Position numbers and translations under genes: made by a program | Assembly: GCF_963921235.1 (NCBI RefSeq) | Contig: NC_086097.1 | Span: 115,446,001-115,510,000, forward strand | Length of the DNA: 64,000 nt | Direction of reading: 5' to 3' | From: Mobula hypostoma | Lineage: Eukaryota | Notes under the pieces: model-generated | Seen by the model: the letters and a program-made list of their open reading frames with translations, nothing else | What the model was told of the DNA's origin: nothing | Databases searched by the model: none | Part shown: piece by piece, positions 50,620 through 62,460 of the stretch | How positions within the stretch are numbered: the stretch's first letter is position 1 | Layout: each line of letters starts with the position of its first letter

Positions 50620-50980
50620 ATATCAAAACCTGAGTAACATCCAATCATTTCCATTTGTGCTGAAAATTCAGTGACCTGCTAAAGTAATGTACCGCTGTAG
50701 CTGTCTTTCAGATGAGACATTAAACAGATGCTATGGGATCTTTTATGACTGCTTGTGCTGTCAAGCAGAGGTAGTGGAAAACTGGAGAGGTTTTCCTCAG
50801 TGATTTCACAGCAGGACCAACATCAATAAAACTATCTGGTCATTATCACGTTGCTGCTTGCGGCCGCTTGCAATGCACAAATTGGTTGTCAGCCTACAAC
50901 AGCGGATAAACATAGAGACTAGAACTTTGGAACATGCTGGGGTTATTAAAGATGCTACATCAATGTAAATCTTTTCTCTA
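50620..50980 (+). mobile_element. DeuSINE (SacSINE1/AmnSINE1-like)
   Basis: CTGTCTTTCAGATGAGACATTAAAC...CCAACATCAATAAAACTATCTGGTCATTATCACGTTGCTG...GCACAAATTGGTTG...GCTACATCAATGTAAATCTTTTCT matches the Deu-domain SINE consensus as recalled. Confidence 0.75.
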
Positions 50981-51347
50981 CTGTAAAATAGTCAGTAAAC
51001 AGACTGTAGTATGCAATTGATGCCACAGAGAATTTCGTTTTGCGTAGCTTCAATGTATGCGACTACATAAGATAAAAGTGAAATCAGAGAAATGATTTGT
51101 GGTATTAACTTTTTAGTGATATTCATATTTTCATTTGGAAAATATCATTTTCCTTACAATAATTACCTAAATACATGGAAGCAAACAAGCTAGATCTAAA
51201 TGTCCAAAACTTCCAATTTCCAGTTGACCTCAAAATGGCACTTAAAATATGCAATACTGCAACTGCACTGTAAGGCTGTCTTGTGCGGAAAAAAAAGGCA
51301 TTTGCCAAAGGAATGAATTCTACAGGTTTTAAAAATACATTGAAATG

Positions 51348-51822
51348 TGTTCAAAGTTCAATGTTAAAAGTAAATTTATTACCAAAGTACATATATTGTA
51401 TGTCACCGTACACAACCCTGAGATTCATTTTCTTGCGGCATACATATTAAATCCAAGAAACAGAATAGAATCAATGAAAGACCACGCCCAAATGGACAGT
51501 AAAAAAACAACCAATATGCAAAAGACAACAACCTGTGCAAATAAAAAAATAAATAGCAAGAATTATAATAATAAATAATGAATCAATAAATATAGAGAAC
51601 ATGAGATGGAATTCTTGAAAGTGAGTCCATACGTCGTGGGAAGAGCTCAGTGATGGGGCACTGAAGTTGAATGAAGTTATCCCCCTGGTTCAAGAGGCTG
51701 ATGTCTGAGAGGTAGTAACTGTTCCTGAACGTGGTGGGGTGGGTTCTGAGTCTCCTGTACGTTCTTCCTGATGACAGCTTTAACAAGAGAACATGACCTG
51801 GGCGGTGGGGTCCCTGATGATT
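51348..51822 (-). mobile_element. Rex1/Babar 3' fragment
   Basis: PHRPGHVLL..SSGRTYRRLRTHPTTFRNSYY; tail TTCAAAGTTCAA. Confidence 0.82.
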
Positions 51823-52309
51823 AAAATTTCCAAGCAACTGTAAATTTTCGGCATAATGATTGCTGCAGAGGGTTCTTTCTCAAAAGCAGGAAATAAACCT
51901 GGATTTTAAAATGACAATAATTAATTGGTAAAAATATGTTGGCAGCTTCTACTTCGGAAGTGCCAAATATGACAATTTATTTAACTCTCATTATATGTTT
52001 GTGTCCATTGCTGGTTTCGTTTGTCACATAATAAGATTTAAAAATAGCTTTGAGTGGGTGTGTAGAAATTTTACAAAATGTAATCTGACACCACCATCTA
52101 CTTTTGAAAATAGATGCTCATTTCCTTTCCATCTATGTAATAGAATTTGAAGGTAATAGTTACTAAACTTATTACTGTATTCATCATTGGCAAAAATAAA
52201 CAATACATCATTGTCTAAATTTTATTGCATTCTTTCCTACTCTCACTCAGTAACACTGATGTAGAATATTTGCATGCCACTGTGAAGATTAGTCAAAATT
52301 CTAAATAAT

Positions 52310-53065
52310 GGTTCAATGGCTCCACTTAATATTGGAGAATGTATACAGTATACAACCTGAAATTCTTACTCTCCAGACATCCCTAAAACAGAAGCAAACC
52401 TCCAAAGAGTGAATGGCATAAAAACATTGGAACCCCAAATCCCCCTTCCTCCTCCCATTCACAAACAGCAACATAGCTTCATCCCTCCCCCCACTTGCTT
52501 CAGCAAAAGTATCACCCCCCCCACCTCACCACCCACCATACAAGCAACAGCAAAACCCCCAAAGAGACCATGATCTGGAATCCATCAAAAACCACTTCTC
52601 ATCCCAACACCTTGACATTGCACAGGCTCTCTCTCTCTCACTAACAAGGAGAGAGAGGTATCGCTAATGCTACAGAGAGAAGGGAGGCCAACAGCTTGCT
52701 GTTACAATGTTACAGTCTGCAGCATCGCTTATTCCGACAGCAGCGTCTCGATGTTCTGATCTCCTGCTTCAGTCGGCGACACCGGTGAAGAATTGGTTTG
52801 TCCACAAGGCCGCAGGGCCACACCCCAAAAGTGCATGTCTTTCAGGCTGTTTCTGGAGATATCAAAAATGCTAGGCCACTCAGTAAGCTCCGAGAGTGGG
52901 AATCCACTGACATGAAGAACCGCAGTTTGATTGCAGCTGTAGATTATGGACTACAACAGGACCACAGCCATCTTGAAAAGGGAACTAGAGACATTAAAGA
53001 GAAGAATTTTAGCAGTTTTGCAGATGAACTGGAAGAAATCCCCTTCTGGCACTGTCTTCAATGAC
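52310..53065 (-). mobile_element. Non-autonomous element with Rex1/Babar-like tail
   Basis: GTTCAATGG...GAGAATGTATACAGTATACAACCTGAAATTCTTACTC is the reverse complement of the tail at 59880-59950; non-coding body. Confidence 0.6.
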
Positions 53066-53139
53066 AAATTATTTACTAAGCATTAAGGGTAAGATGCCCT
53101 CACAATCCTTGTTAAGCTTTTACTTAGCCAGATATTCTA

Positions 53140-53575
53140 ATTGGAAATGGAATTGGTTTATTATTGTCACAGGTACTGAGGCAGAGTGAAAACCTTCTGT
53201 TTGCATGTTATCCAGAGAGATCTTGAATAGTAGTTGTAGTAGCAATGCGATCAATCAAGTTGAATATGATGTTCTCCTAAGGGGCTGAGTACACTGAGCT
53301 AGTAAATAGGAAACAGTATGTAGAATATTGTGTCAGAGTTACAGATAAATTATAGTTCAGGTAGACCAATAAAGTTCAAGGATGAGGAAGACTGGGAGTT
53401 CAGAAGTTCATTTTTTAGTCTATGAGTGGTTTGTTTAAGCATCCAATAACAGTGGGGTAGGAGATGTCCTTGAGTTTTGTGAAACATGCTCTCAAACTTT
53501 TGTATCTTCTGTCCAATGGGAAGGGGAGGAAGAGAAGAATGACCATGGTGGGAAGGGTTCTTCTTTATGTTGGCT
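53140..53575 (-). mobile_element. Rex1/Babar 3' fragment
   Basis: ANIKKNPSHHGHSSL..LPIG; tail AATTGGAAATGGAATTGGTTTATT. Confidence 0.7.
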
Positions 53576-53577
53576 CG

Positions 53578-54290
53578 TGAATAAGGTTCGTCCATCGTCA
53601 TCGCTGAAGACTTCGACAACATTAGTACTTCTTACGAGGTCGAGTTGCTAGCTCAACACTGAACCCGGCAAAGATGGAAAGCGAGCCCGGGAGTGGCTCA
53701 ACTGCATTCGAACTTGGGAATTGTCGCTCCTGGAGTCCGGCGCTGATGTCACTGGGCCATCAGCTAGGTGATGGTGTCGAGACTAGCGCTTGATTTGGAT
53801 TTAAGTGAGGGAGACTTGTACATCATCAGCCTCACTCTCTCTTCCCAATTCTCATCTGGATCCAGTGGCAAGACAAGAGTAGAGACGGCTGGAGATGAGA
53901 CTAGGCACAGTGGATAACTAGGACATCTTCTGTGCTTGTTGCGCTCTACACGTTCCACGACACTTGCAGAGACCGCCTTCTTGACCGTTGAACCTTCCAT
54001 TGGTCTCGTCCACTCAATCCGCTGGAATCTGTCTTCACATGCTGGAATAGACAACTCCCTATCTCACCGAGGGTTTGAGACCCGTTGGCTACCCTCACCT
54101 GGTTTAGCCAGCTTGTCGAAGCCGTTGCCCAGGGTGTGGCCGCTGTCGCATGCAAGCAGCTACGGGGAGCCACAGGTGAGAGCTGTTTTCCAGGTGGGGA
54201 CCAAAGGTGGACAAACCGCCCTGAGAAGGACGCGACATGTTCCCCATCAGAGGTACTACCCCTCACTGACCCCATACACCCCAGCTCCTG
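53578..54290 (-). mobile_element. tRNA-headed SINE (53578-53765) next to an RTE-like 5' UTR segment (53766-54290)
   Basis: 53640-53765 is the reverse complement of the SINE head at 58190-58330. The neighbouring CpG-rich segment resembles RTE leader sequence (recalled, not aligned). Confidence 0.55.
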
Positions 54291-54886
54291 AATAGACTGA
54301 GCTCTATGGACTACTTGCTGCCTATTCCATTGTAGACCAGGCAGAGGGTGGAAGGTAGCCAGGTGTTTCCTCAAGAAACTCCTTTTCATTCTCCCTCAAA
54401 ACTCCCTGCCTCAGCCAGGAAAGGTTAACACCAAGAAGAAGTTTTAACCAAGATGATATCAGAGGTGTACCAAAGTGAGCATTAAAGGGCAAGACTCATC
54501 ATCACACAAAACTCAACACAAGTTCAGCTAAGTTCAGCCTGATTTTGCAATATCACAAATATTGTTAAGAAATTAGCTTTTATGTTGAATGTAGAAGCTA
54601 ATAGATTTTGCTCTACCAGAATTCAGTCATTCCAACGGAAGTCAAGGTAGTTATGGAATGACAGTTAACATTCTGGTCCATCACTGGTTTCAGTCTGGAC
54701 TCCTGTGGTAGAGGTCAGTATTGCTGACGTTGTCCAGCATTTTGCAAAGAAATCATCTGTGCCCAAGACATACAAAATCTGGAGCTTACTTATAGGTTAT
54801 GTGAGCTTATGTATTTTAATTTGCAATTCTTTCTATTGCGCTTAAACTTATGAAAGAGAAAAACAATAGTCTTAGTTTACAAACCT

Positions 54887-57800
54887 GAACATAGAACATA
54901 GAATAGTACAGCACAGTACAGTACAGGCCCTTTGGCCCACATTGTTGTGCCGACCCTCAAACCATGCCTCCCATATAACCCCCCACCTTAAGTTCCTCCA
55001 TATACCTGTCTAGTCATCTCTTAAACTTCACGAGTGTATCTGCCTCCACCACTGACTCAGGCAGTGCATTCCACGCACCAAACACTCTCTGAGTAAAAAA
55101 CCTTCCTCTAATATCTCCCTTGAACTCCCCACCCCTTAAAGCCATGTCCTCTTGTATTGAGCAGTGGTGCCCTGGGGAAGAGGCTGGCTATCCACTCTAT
55201 CTATTCCTCTTAATATCTTGTACACCTCTATCATGTCTCCTCTCATCCTCCTTCTATCCAAAGAGTAAAGTCCTAGCTCCCTTAATCTCTGATCATAATG
55301 CATACTCTCTGTACCAGGCAGCATCCTGGTAAATCTCCTCTGTACCCTTTCCGATGCTTCCACATCCTTTCTATAGTGAGGCGACCAGAACTGGACACAG
55401 TACTCCAAGTGTGGCCTAAACAGAGTTTTATAGAGCTGCATCATTACCTCGCAACTCTTAAACTCTATCCCTCGACTTATGAAAGCTAACACCCCATAAG
55501 CTTTCTTAACTACACTATCTACCTGTGAGGCAACTTTCAGGGATCTGTGGACATGTAACCGAGATCCCTCTGCTCATCCACACTACCAAGTATCCTGCCA
55601 TTTACTTTGTACTCTGCCTTGGAGTTTGTCCTTCCAAAGTGTACCACCTCACACTTCTCCGGGTTGAACACCATCTGCCACTCCTCAGCCCACTTCTGCA
55701 ACCTATTAATGTCTCTCTGCAATCTTTGACAATCCTCTACACTATCTACAACACCACCAACCTTTGTGTCGTCTGCAAACTTGCCAATCCACCCTTCTAC
55801 CCCCACATCCAGGTCATTAACAAAAATCACGAAAAGTATAGGTCCCAGAACCGATCCTTGTGGGACACCACGAGTCACAACCCTCCATACCGAATGTACT
55901 CCCTCCACCATGACCCTCTGCTTTCTGCAGGCAAGCCAGTTCTGAATCCACCTGGCCAAACTTCCCTGGATCCCAAGCCTTCTGACTTTCTGAATAAGTC
56001 TACCATTGGACCTTGTCAAATGCCTTACTAAGATCTATATAGATCACATCCACTGGACTACCCTCATCTATATGCCTGGTCACCTCCTCAAAGAACTCTA
56101 TCCCGCTTGTTAGACGTGATCTGCCCTTCACAAAGCCATGCTGACTGTCCCTGATCAGACCATGATTCTCTAAATGCCCATAGATCTTATCTCTAAGAAT
56201 CTTTTCCAGCAGCTTTCCCACCACAGACGTAAGGATCACTGGTCTATAATGACCCGGACTAACCCTACTATCCCTATTATTTGAACAAGGGGACAACATT
56301 CACCTCCTTCCAATTCTCCGGTACCATTCCCATAGACAACGAGGACATAAACATCCTAGCCAGAGGCTCAGCAATCTCTTCCCTCGCCTCGTGGAGCAGC
56401 CTGGGGAATATTCCATCAGGCCCCGGGGACTTATCCGTCCTAATGTATTTTAATAACTTCAACACCTCCTCTGCCTTAATGTCAGCATGCTCCAGAACAT
56501 CAACCTCACTCATAATATCCTCACCATCATCAAGTTTCCTCTCATTGGTGAATACTGAACAGAAGTATTCATTGAGGACCTCGCTCACTTCCACAGCCTC
56601 CAGGCACATCTTCCCACCTTTATCTCTAATCGGTCCTACCTTCACTCCAGTCATTCTTTTGTTCTTCACATAATTGAAGAATGCCTTGGGGTTTTCCTTT
56701 ACCCTACTCACCAAGGCCTTCTCATGCCCCCTTCTTGCTCTTCTCAGCCCCTTAAGCTCCTTTCTTGCTTCCCTATATTTCTCAATAGACCCATCTGATC
56801 CCTGCTTCCTAAACCTCATGTATGCTGCCTTCTTCCACCTGACTAGGTTTTCCACCTCACTTGTCACCCATGGTTCCTTCACCCAACCACTCTTTATCTT
56901 CCTCACCGGGACAAATTTATCCCTAACATCCTGCAAGAGATCTCTAAACATCGACCACATGTCCATAGTACATTTCCCTGCAAAAACATCATCCCAATTC
57001 ACACCCGCAAATTCTAGCCTTATAGCCTCATAATTTGCCCTTCCCCAATTAAAATTTTCCTGTCCTCTCTGATTCTATCCTTTTCCATGATAATGTTGAA
57101 GGCCAGGGGAGTGGTGGTCACTGTCCCCAGATGCACACCCACTGAGAGATCTGTGACCTGACCCGGTTCGTTACCTAATACTAGATCTGGTATGGCATTC
57201 TCCCTAGTTGGCCTGTCAACATACTGTGACAGGAATCTGCCCTGGACACACTTAACAAACTCCACCCCAACCAAACCCTTGGAACTAATCAGGTGTCAAT
57301 CAATATTAGGGAAGTTAAAGTCACCCATGATAACAACCATGTTATTTTTGTGCCTTTCCAAAATCTGCCTCCCAATCTGCTCCTCTGTATCTCTGCTGCT
57401 ACCAGGGGGCCTATAGAATACTCCCAATAGAGTAACTGCTCCCTTCCTGTTCCTAACTTCCACCCATACTGACTCAAAAGAGGATCCTGCTACATTACCC
57501 ACCCTTTCTGTAGCTGTAATAGTATCCCTGACCAGTAATGCCACCCCTCCTCCCCTTACCCCCCTCTCTATCCCTTTTAACCACTGAAATCCAGGAATAT
57601 TGAGAATCAATTCCTGCCCTGGTGCCAGCCAAGTCTCTGTAATGGCCAGTACATCATAATTCCATGAATGTATCCAAGCTCTCAGTTCATCACCGTTGTT
57701 CCTGATGCTTCTTGCACTGAAGTACATGCACTTTAGCCCTTCTACGTTACTACCTTTAACCGTTTATTCTGCTTCTCTTTTCTCAAAGCTTCTCTATATG

Positions 57801-57935
57801 TTAGATCTGGCTTTACTCCATGCACTTCTTTCACTGCTCTATCACTCCGGATCCCATCCCCTTTGCAAATGTGTTTAAACCCTCCCGAACCACGCTGGCA
57901 AACCTACCTGCAAGGATTTTGCTCCCCCTCGAGCT
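54887..57935 (-). mobile_element. CR1 LINE, 5'-truncated, ORF2 (endonuclease and RT) with several frameshifts
   Basis: SARSIRN..AITETW..GVFYRPP..MGDFN; DKSPGPDG; HYRPVILTS; GVPQGSVLGP..KFADDTK; RPHLEYCVQFWSP; (TTCTATG)n tail near 54887-54903. Confidence 0.95.
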
Positions 57936-58188
57936 CAGAAACTTTAGAAGAAAGTTTCTACATAGTTAGCTTCTCAATCAATTGTTCTGGTGAAGCTTGA
58001 TGGAAAACTGCTTTGTTGCCATTCAGTATTTAAACACAATCGACATAGATTAAGATCACATATAGAGGGCTCGCACCACCCAGGACATCTTTGTTTTTTC
58101 ATTTCTACCATCAAACAGAAATGAAAAAACAAAGATGTCCTGAGTGGTGTAACAGTTTTTCTTTGTTTTTAATTTCTACCATCAAAGA

Positions 58189-58448
58189 GGGCTGGCTGGT
58201 GGCGCAATGGCATCAGCGACGGGCTCCGGAGCGAAGGCTCTCTAGTTCAAATCCAAGTCAGGCCACCCCCCCGAGCACGCTTTCCATCCGTGCCGGGTTG
58301 AGCATCGAGCTAGCCACTTGGCCTCGTAAAAAAAAGGGTCGAGTCAGGAACGTTCATATCGTGACCTGGTTAATCTGAAAGGAGACCAATCCTGACACCA
58401 TGCGTCAGACAAGAATGACCAGCTGTCTGGTGCCACACGATAAAAAAA
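58189..58448 (+). mobile_element. tRNA-derived SINE
   Basis: GGTGGCGCAATGG (A box) and AGTTCAAATCC (B box), a CpG-rich body, and an A-tract end at about 58442-58448. Confidence 0.75.
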
Positions 58449-58451
58449 ATC

Positions 58452-58645
58452 AAACAGGAGGTACAGGAGTCTGAAGACACACACTAAACATTTGAGAAAC
58501 AGTTTCTTCCCTTCCGCCGTTGGATAGCTGAATGGAACCCACAAACACTATTTTTTATGTATTGCACTGTACTGTTGCCACTAAGCAACAAATTTCACCA
58601 CATATGCGATGATAGTAAACATTTCACTGATTCTGATTCTGATTT
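58452..58645 (+). mobile_element. Rex1/Babar 3' end
   Basis: CAGGAGGTACAGGAGTCTGAAGACACACAC...AACAGTTTCTTCCC and (TGATTC)n tail. Confidence 0.75.
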
Positions 58646-58849
58646 CTGGAAACACACATCAGGTCAATTGAATCCTGTTTAAAAAGAAGTGAAGGCAACA
58701 CTTCAGATTAAAGATCCTTTCTTATAGATTCATGTAAACAGCTTGTTTGGAATGTCTAAAATTCCATGCTGCATGACAATTTAAATTACACTCTATTTCT
58801 ATATATTATGGTGTTTTACTATAATTCTGTTTATTTAATTTCTGTTTAT

Positions 58850-58903
58850 TATGGAACCCTACTGTTGACCCAGGGGTCCATGGATACCAGGTTAGGAACC
58901 CTG
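58850..58903. mobile_element. Possible hAT-Charlie-type terminus (single end)
   Basis: AGGGGTCCATGGATACCAGGTTAGGAACCCTG followed by CTTTAGA resembles Charlie/MER5-type ends and target; no partner end found. Confidence 0.4.
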
Positions 58904-59519
58904 CTTTAGACACAACCTTAAAATTTGCTCTGGATGCAAAGACTCATTTTATATCAAGCAAAAGCAGATATCCTTCAGCATCCCTGAAAATCAATTACTC
59001 CATTACAGTGGACAAAGGCTTTCCTAAGGCCAAGTTAAATCCATAAATCAATATCATTCACTTCATCAGAACTAAGTGAAATATTCTATGAGTTATTGGT
59101 CAAATGGTAAAAGCGGGCATTAAATAGATGGAGAGGTAACATTTGAAAATTTGCTTACATTTTCAGTCTAATTGCTGATTATCACAAACCACATTTGCCT
59201 GCCGGCACTAACTAGAAATTAGTAGGATTAACACCGAGCTGCAATTTATGTGAGCATTTTATGCAGGCTGTTTACAGCCGCTTTGAAAGAGTGGAATCCT
59301 CTGACTTTGACACAAGAGTGTGAGTATAGTTCGGAGGGAGTGATGGGGTGCTGATGTAATTAAATAAAGCTCTGTCAATTCTGGTCGTGGAGGAGGGATT
59401 CGTTGAAGAAGAAGAAGAATCCTGTTTACTCTGTATATATTCTGCCTCACACACCAATAGCAGTTAGTGCTATTTTACTGGCCTCACATTTACTACCGCT
59501 TCACTCCGGTTGCTGATGC

Positions 59520-59955
59520 AAACTTGACAAGAAAATGAAATCACCAGCTGATATGGCGTTTTCAGTATCCCCAGGTGTGGCCTGGGAGATGTGTGCCTTC
59601 AGGGTGCGACCCTCTGGACAACCCAATTCCTCAACGTTGCTGACTGAAGTGTCACGGGAGATTGAAGAATCAAGACAGCAGTGTATGCTGCTGTTGAAAT
59701 AAGTGATACTGCAGTTTGTAGCATTGAAACACTGAGGTCAGGGGGTCAGTGCTTTTGCTGGAGTAAGTGGGGAAGGGGTGGTTTGATACTTTTACTGCTG
59801 CTTGTGTGTGAGGGGTGGGGAGCTTTGGGGTTCTAACTTTTTCTGTTATTCATTCTGTGAGTTTTTTTTTGTTTCGTGGATGTCTGTGAAGAGTAAGAAT
59901 TTCAGGTCGTATATTGTATACATTCTCTGATATTAAGTTGAATCATTGAACCATT
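59520..59955 (+). mobile_element. Non-autonomous element with Rex1/Babar-like tail
   Basis: Ends GTCTGTGAAGAGTAAGAATTTCAGGTCGTATATTGTATACATTCTCTGATATTAAGTTGAATCATTGAACC. Confidence 0.6.
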
Positions 59956-59989
59956 AGAGTTATTCCTTTCCTGGGAAGTGGTCCACATT

Positions 59990-61030
59990 TTACAAAGTCT
60001 TATCGTGAACTTCAAGGCAGACATCAACACTGTTGCCTTCAATTCACCAGCTAAACCTATAGACCAATGAAGAAAGGAGTATCTGAAGAGCAAGACTTCA
60101 GAGCGAGCACAAAGGTCTCGGTCTACCAGCTGGTAGCAATATCCATCCTCCTCTCAGTCTGAGTACCAGAACACTTATGTCAGACACAGGAAAAATAACA
60201 AAAATGTCTCCTCTAAATTCTTCAAATACACCACAAAGAGAAGTGAACCAATGACAACATTTTCTCCCAGGTTAACATTCCCAAGCACCGAGCACTACTT
60301 CTCCACCCTCAGTTTGCTACGGTACCTTGGCCCACTCCATTTGCAAGCCTGACACCAGTTCCCACACCAGACAGCATGTGGCAAGTTCAGTCATGGGAAG
60401 AGATTGCCAGGAGAAAATAAATTCAAGGACAAACTTTTTGGTGAAGAAGTGTGACATCTTTACTAATACTTCAGAATCTCTGGCTCATGATGACTTAAAG
60501 TAATTGGAAGTCAAAGCCTGAAGGCAGAGGCCTGAGACAGGAGGCTTGAAGTCTGTTCAGGAGTTGGAGGACTGCCCACATGTGGGTGAGAGGGAGGGAG
60601 AAAAGAGGGTTATTTTGCTGATGTTATGTTATTGCTTGTTGTGTTCTGTGTTGTTATGTCAACCATTTTAGGAATGTTATGTTGGTGCTGGACCGTGTAA
60701 TGACACTTGTGGGCTGCCCCCAGCACATGTTCAGATTCTGTTGTTTATTAATGTAAATAATGCATTTGACTTTATAATATGACATACATGTGATGAATAA
60801 ATCTTAAGTAAATCTGAATCTGAAATCTGAATGAGCACTTGGGATGGACTTGAAAACCTTAAGGCCCTGCACTGTGAGTACACAGAAGCCCGACTTATTC
60901 TGTGGAAAGAATAGATCACGAACAGCTCACCTACCAATTGTTCAGCCAGCACCTGTTCCTTATGTGAAAGAGTCTTGTCCTTCCTACAGTAGACTCATAA
61001 GCTGCCTTAAAATGCACAAAACCTGACTGG
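59990..61030 (+). mobile_element. Degenerate RTE LINE 3' part, interrupted by a Rex-tailed non-autonomous element (~60440-60830)
   Basis: STKVSVYQ..ILL near 60105-60155, and a terminal zinc-finger remnant TCSLCERV...KMHKT* at 60950-61026. The insert ends AATAAATCT...TCTGAATCTGA. Confidence 0.6.
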
Positions 61031-61234
61031 ACTCATCATCCCTGACCCCAAGGAACTTCATATAAAATAGAGACTCTTTTCCAAGTGAAGCCATCCAAGA
61101 ATTGTTTTTTTTTATTTAAAAAGTAAATTATACTCTCAGCCCAAACCATTGTTTTACCTCCATAAATATTGCTTGGCTTGTTGCTCGAGCAGTTGGTTAT
61201 TTTTTTCAGCAGCATCTTGCAAAGCGACAGAACA

Positions 61235-61545
61235 GTAGAATAACCCTATTAAACAGCCAGTGACCTGGATTCAATTCCTTGCTGTCTGTGAGAAGTTTGT
61301 ACATTCTCCCCGTAATCTCATGAGTTTCCTCCCACATTCTAAAGCTGTATGGCTTAGTAGGTTACACACATCAAAGTTGCTGGTGAACGCAGCAGGCCAG
61401 GCAGCATCTCTAGGAAGAGGTACAGTCGACGTTTCAGGCTGAGAACCTTCGTCAGGACTTAGTAGGTTAATTGGTCACAAGGATGTAATTGGTCTCATGG
61501 GCCAGAGGGCCTGTTACTGTGCTGTATCTCTAAATTAAAAATAAT
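61235..61545 (+). mobile_element. tRNA V-SINE-like element carrying a PLE mini-insertion
   Basis: GGATTCAATTCC B box, GAGTTTCCTCCCACATTCTAAAG, and 3' GGGCCAGAGGGCCTGTTACTGTGCTGTATCTCTAAATTAAAA. Confidence 0.8.
61365..61457 (-). mobile_element. 93-bp PLE hammerhead plus pLTR-tail insertion with 12-bp TSD
   Basis: TSD CTTAGTAGGTTA at 61353-61364 and 61458-61469. The minus strand reads AGTC-CTGACGA-AGGTTCTCAGCCT-GAAA-CGTC-GACT plus tail. Confidence 0.9.
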
Positions 61546-61589
61546 TAAATTATTAACAAGGCAATTTCGCCCACAGAACTGCCAATTGC

Positions 61590-61890
61590 TGAATGTTTAT
61601 TTTTGGGTTTTTTTGCACCATACTCTGTAAACTCTAGAGACTCGTGTGTGAAAATCAGCAGTTTCTGGGATACTCAAGCCACCCTGTATGCACCAACAAT
61701 CATTCTATGGTCAAAGTCACTTACAGCACATTTCTTCACCATTCTGACGTTTAGCCTGAACAACAACTGAACCTCTTGACCACGTCTGCATACGTTTATG
61801 CATTGAGTTGCTACCACATGATTGGCTGATTAGATATTTGCATTAATGAGCAGGTGTAAACGTGTATGTAATAAAGTGGCCATTAAGTGC
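61590..61890 (-). mobile_element. Tc1/mariner derivative, left part (same family as 23346-23899)
   Basis: CACATGATTGGCTGATTAGATATTTGCATTAA...TAATAAAGTGGCCATTAAGTG is the reverse complement of about 23346-23640. Confidence 0.85.
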
Positions 61891-61968
61891 AAGTCAAAGC
61901 AGCGGTTTTATAGTTTAAGGTTTCAGTGTTGTATACTGTCGAACAAAGAAACAAAGCTGATAATGGCT

Positions 61969-62460
61969 TTTAAAAACGCAAACACGAGGAAATCTGCAGA
62001 TGCTGGAATTTCGAGCAACACACATAACGATGGCTTGAACATTGACTTCTCAAACTTCCGCTAATGCCCTACCTTCCCCTCGTACCCCATCCATTATTTA
62101 TTTATATATACACATTCTTTTTCCCTCTCTCCTTTTCTCCCTCTGTCCCCCTCACTGTACCCCTTGCCCATCCTCTGGGCTTTTTCCCCCCTCCCCCTTT
62201 TCTTTCTCCCTAGGCCTCCTCTCCCATGATCCTCTCATATCCCTTTTGCCAATCAACTGTCCAGCTCTTGGCTCCATCCCTCTCCCCCCTGTCTTCTCCT
62301 ATCATTTCAGATCTCCCCCTCCCACTCCCACTTTCAAATCTCTTACTAGCTCTTCTTTCAGTTAGTCCTGACGAAGGGTCTCGGCCCGAAACGTCGACTG
62401 TACCTCTTCCTAGAGATGCTGCCTGGCCTGCTGCGTTCACCAGCAACTGTTATGTGTGTT
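61969..62460 (+). mobile_element. 5'-truncated young PLE (inverted tail, GIY-YIG end, pLTR) with 13-bp TSD
   Basis: TSD GCTGATAATGGCT at 61956-61968 and 62461-62473. Inverted tail at about 61975-62027, DGLNIDFSNFR* ending at 62064, then the pLTR. Confidence 0.92.
62364..62399 (+). ncRNA. Minimal type I hammerhead ribozyme motif (PLE-associated)
   Basis: Stem I AGTC/GACT; core CTGACGA plus an extra A; stem II GGGT-CTCG-GCCC; GAAA; loopless palindromic stem III ACGT; GTC cleavage triplet ending at 62395. Confidence 0.8.

Noticed and set aside
58189..58270. tRNA gene
   Set aside because: A and B boxes are present but there is no convincing cloverleaf, and it continues into a SINE body that has a second copy at 53578-53765.
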